DNA of 18,434 bases from contig JADLDM010000116.1 in NCBI GenBank assembly GCA_020846695.1, forward strand, positions 1 to 18,434, written 5' to 3'. The stretch comes from a bacterium. GTDB taxonomy: Bacteria; Electryoneota; RPQS01. The notes beneath the pieces were generated by a model, which saw nothing but the letters and a program-made list of their open reading frames with translations, had not been told where the DNA came from and did not search any database. Shown in pieces: positions 16,697 through 18,434 of this stretch (position 1 is its first letter; each line of letters starts with the position of its first letter). A program made the position numbers and the translations under genes.

Positions 16697-16735
16697 CTTC
16701 TCCCCCTCCCGGTCGCGGGGAATCAAGGGGGGTTC
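16696..16735. repeat. Family A repeat copy 5, a degenerate variant
   Basis: The sequence is cttctccccctcccggtcgcggggaatcaaggggggttct. The C arm pairs with the G arm, but only two or three G tracts remain. Confidence 0.6.
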
Positions 16736-16811
16736 TGTCACCCGTAGCCTGCCCTCGTAAGGGTAAGGGCCTATTTCACAAACCCGACCCCCTTCAACTC
16801 TCTCGTTCTGG

Positions 16812-16878
16812 GTTCATATTTCATATATCATATTTCATCCCTCTCCCCCACTCATCGTTCATCATTCATCGCTCATCG
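16812..16878. repeat. Two blocks of four tandem TCATNNN heptamers immediately downstream of the minus-strand T9SS-cargo gene
   Basis: Block one is ttcatat ttcatat atcatat ttcatcc (16812-16839). Block two is tcatcgt tcatcat tcatcgc tcatcgc (16851-16878). Confidence 0.85.
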
Positions 16879-18174
16879 CTATCTCACCACCGCCATCTTC
16901 TTCTGCATCATCTTCTCTCCCGCCTGCAATCTGTAGAAATAAATCCCCGAAGAAAGCTCTCCCGCATCAAAATTCACGCGATGCACTCCCGCGCTCATCA
17001 CACCACTTGAAAGCGTCGCCACCTCTTCACCCAACAGATTGTGCAGCGTGAGCGTGACGTCGGAAACTTCCGGCAGCAGAAACTCAATCGTCGTGGACGC
17101 ATTAAACGGATTCGGATAGTTCTGCAAGAGCATAAACTCCGAAGGCACTTCATTCGCGCGCGGCGTGGCGGAAACCTGCCCAACCTGCTCGCGCGATCCG
17201 TCCAAGTCCACCGATGTCAGCGTGTAAACATACTCGCGCCCGTTTTCAAGAGCCTCATCTCGCCACTGATATCTATTCCCCGTCGCCCGGTTCGTCGCCT
17301 GAACATTCGCCACCACCGCGCCATCCCGCTCAATCTCAAAGTGGCTCATCTCACTCTCCGCCCCCGTCACCCACGACAAAACAACGCTCTCATCTCGTGC
17401 AATCGCAGAGAAGGAGAGTAGCTCAACGGGCAAAGACGCGTCGGAGCATATCCATTGTGGATTGTTGATCGTTGAGCCATGAATCGCATTTGAGGAAGCG
17501 TCATGCACCGTTGAGCCGTTCGATTCATCGAAATGATAGAGAAGCACAGTATTCTCGTCTGGAATGAATTTTTCGTTTGGAGGATTGAAGTTAGTTAAGT
17601 ATCGTGCGACAGCCGAGATTCGAAATTCGTCGATAATTGCCGAAAGTCGTTCGCTCTCCCCTCCGGTCCATGCGTGATGGTTCAAATAGGCGCCACTGAC
17701 GACATTGCCAACTGTGCCACTAATCGACATGGGTGTAGATGCAGCAAGTTCACCGTCAATAAACAGTGTGACAAATGAGCCATCCCAGACGCCTGCGATG
17801 TGATGCCATTCATTCAATGTAAGATCGTGTGGCCAATCAGCCCAATAACCCTCGATATCGCTCTGATGGAACCCGAAGGTAAGGTGTGCTCCATTCCAAT
17901 CACAGCACGAATTCGACACAAATAGTTGAATCGTGCCTGCATCATACACGCTGTTGCTCTTATTAAAGATGTTCTCTTCATAGCAAGGCACTGGGGCAAG
18001 TTGTTTGAACCAGCACTCAACAGTGATCTGACTGAATTCGCTCAGCTCAGGTGAATTTGGTATGGTGACATAGTTGCCTGTCCAGCACTCACCAGTGAAC
18101 CTGAGGGCGTTTCCGCCGGGGCACTGCGCCCACACACTCCCGCACACGATCACCAAAGCAATCACGAGTTTCAT
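16879..18174 (-). CDS. T9SS-sorted secreted protein carrying an N-terminal LamG/concanavalin-A-like lectin domain
   Basis: It has a signal peptide (MKLVIALVIVCGSVWAQ) and a roughly 200-aa domain with LamG-like features (WHHIAGVWDGSFVTLFIDGEL). The C-terminal roughly 80 aa are typical of the Por secretion-system C-terminal sorting domain (LLQNYPNPFNASTTIEF...GIYFYRLQAGE...KKMAVVR). Confidence 0.8.
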   Translation of the reverse strand: MKLVIALVIVCGSVWAQCPGGNALRFTGECWTGNYVTIPNSPELSEFSQITVECWFKQLAPVPCYEENIFNKSNSVYDAGTIQLFVSNSCCDWNGAHLTFGFHQSDIEGYWADWPHDLTLNEWHHIAGVWDGSFVTLFIDGELAASTPMSISGTVGNVVSGAYLNHHAWTGGESERLSAIIDEFRISAVARYLTNFNPPNEKFIPDENTVLLYHFDESNGSTVHDASSNAIHGSTINNPQWICSDASLPVELLSFSAIARDESVVLSWVTGAESEMSHFEIERDGAVVANVQATNRATGNRYQWRDEALENGREYVYTLTSVDLDGSREQVGQVSATPRANEVPSEFMLLQNYPNPFNASTTIEFLLPEVSDVTLTLHNLLGEEVATLSSGVMSAGVHRVNFDAGELSSGIYFYRLQAGEKMMQKKMAVVR

Positions 18175-18434
18175 TTCATTCCCCTATCAATTTGAATTGC
18201 GCTTCTATTTTCATTTCGAGAAAATCTCTTCTTACCGCTTCGCCGTTGTGGCTGTCCACAGCCGCCACGCATCCTAATCTTCTAGGCGTGACCTCCCGGT
18301 CACGCACACACTCACCGAATCACCTGCTTCCTAACTTACATCGCGCCCCCCCGTCTTTCAAGCGCTTTTCAAGCTTCTCATCAAATTCATCCACCTGACC
18401 CACACTTCTCTCCCGCTTTGTGTCCATAATCCCA

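Noticed and set aside
13288-16740. Possible CRISPR array, suggested by the recurring roughly 55-bp G/C-rich repeats
   Set aside because: Repeat spacing is highly irregular (80 bp to 1.6 kb). The repeats are imperfect and mosaic, and whole protein-coding genes lie between them. No cas genes are present.
1-18434. tRNA, rRNA, integrase or transposase genes that would mark a mobile island
   Set aside because: No tRNA-like T-loop or acceptor patterns, rRNA segments or recognisable recombinase or transposase reading frames were seen. The repeats appear to be non-autonomous.
18175-18434. Short plus-strand ORFs at the window end (18074..18277, 18192..18398), and small inverted repeats (GGCTGTCCACAGCC, CGTGACCtcccGGTCACG) upstream of the T9SS-cargo gene
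   Set aside because: The ORFs are low-complexity and lie in the probable promoter region of the minus-strand gene. The inverted repeats could be regulator sites. A second copy or window context is lacking, so they are not reported as features.

Overview
This is an 18.4 kb window of moderately GC-rich DNA (about 57% by eye). A type IX secretion C-terminal sorting domain, LxxC lipoboxes, TAnnTTTG-type promoter boxes and frequent leaderless or weak-SD starts suggest a Bacteroidota/FCB-group organism. Left to right, the window holds three blocks.

1. Positions 1-1233: two tandem, diverged MNT (minimal nucleotidyltransferase)/HepT (HEPN RNase) toxin-antitoxin pairs. Each pair has the same 11-nt gene overlap. 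An orphan winged-helix plus coiled-coil ORF follows, ending in a C9 homopolymer that abuts the next gene.

2. Positions 1901-8600: a nucleoside/extracellular-DNA salvage cluster. It holds thymidine kinase, a NupC-family concentrative nucleoside transporter, a lipoprotein staphylococcal-type thermonuclease, a trimeric-type purine nucleoside phosphorylase and a secreted beta-propeller protein. A convergent SulP/DauA-like anion transporter interrupts the cluster.

3. Positions 8600-18434: a roughly 900 bp intergenic region with a small ORF, then clpC, a MarR regulator with palindromic operators, an NADP/F420-type oxidoreductase, a Dabb stress protein, an SPFH/prohibitin protein, a lipoprotein serine hydrolase (beta-lactamase fold) and a convergent T9SS-sorted LamG-domain protein.

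The most unusual thing seen directly in the sequence is in the intergenic DNA between 13.28 and 16.9 kb. It carries a mosaic system of hairpin-rich repeat modules that the gene calls do not explain:
- a family whose G-rich arm keeps four G3-5 tracts (G-quadruplex potential) in four of its five copies;
- GGACACGAT-type hairpins;
- a 54-nt perfectly identical core that flanks the hydrolase gene as a direct repeat;
- a CGCCGAGCNGGG tail motif found after four genes and inside a fifth;
- tandem TCATNNN heptamers.

No CRISPR array, tRNA, rRNA, transposase or integrase was found.
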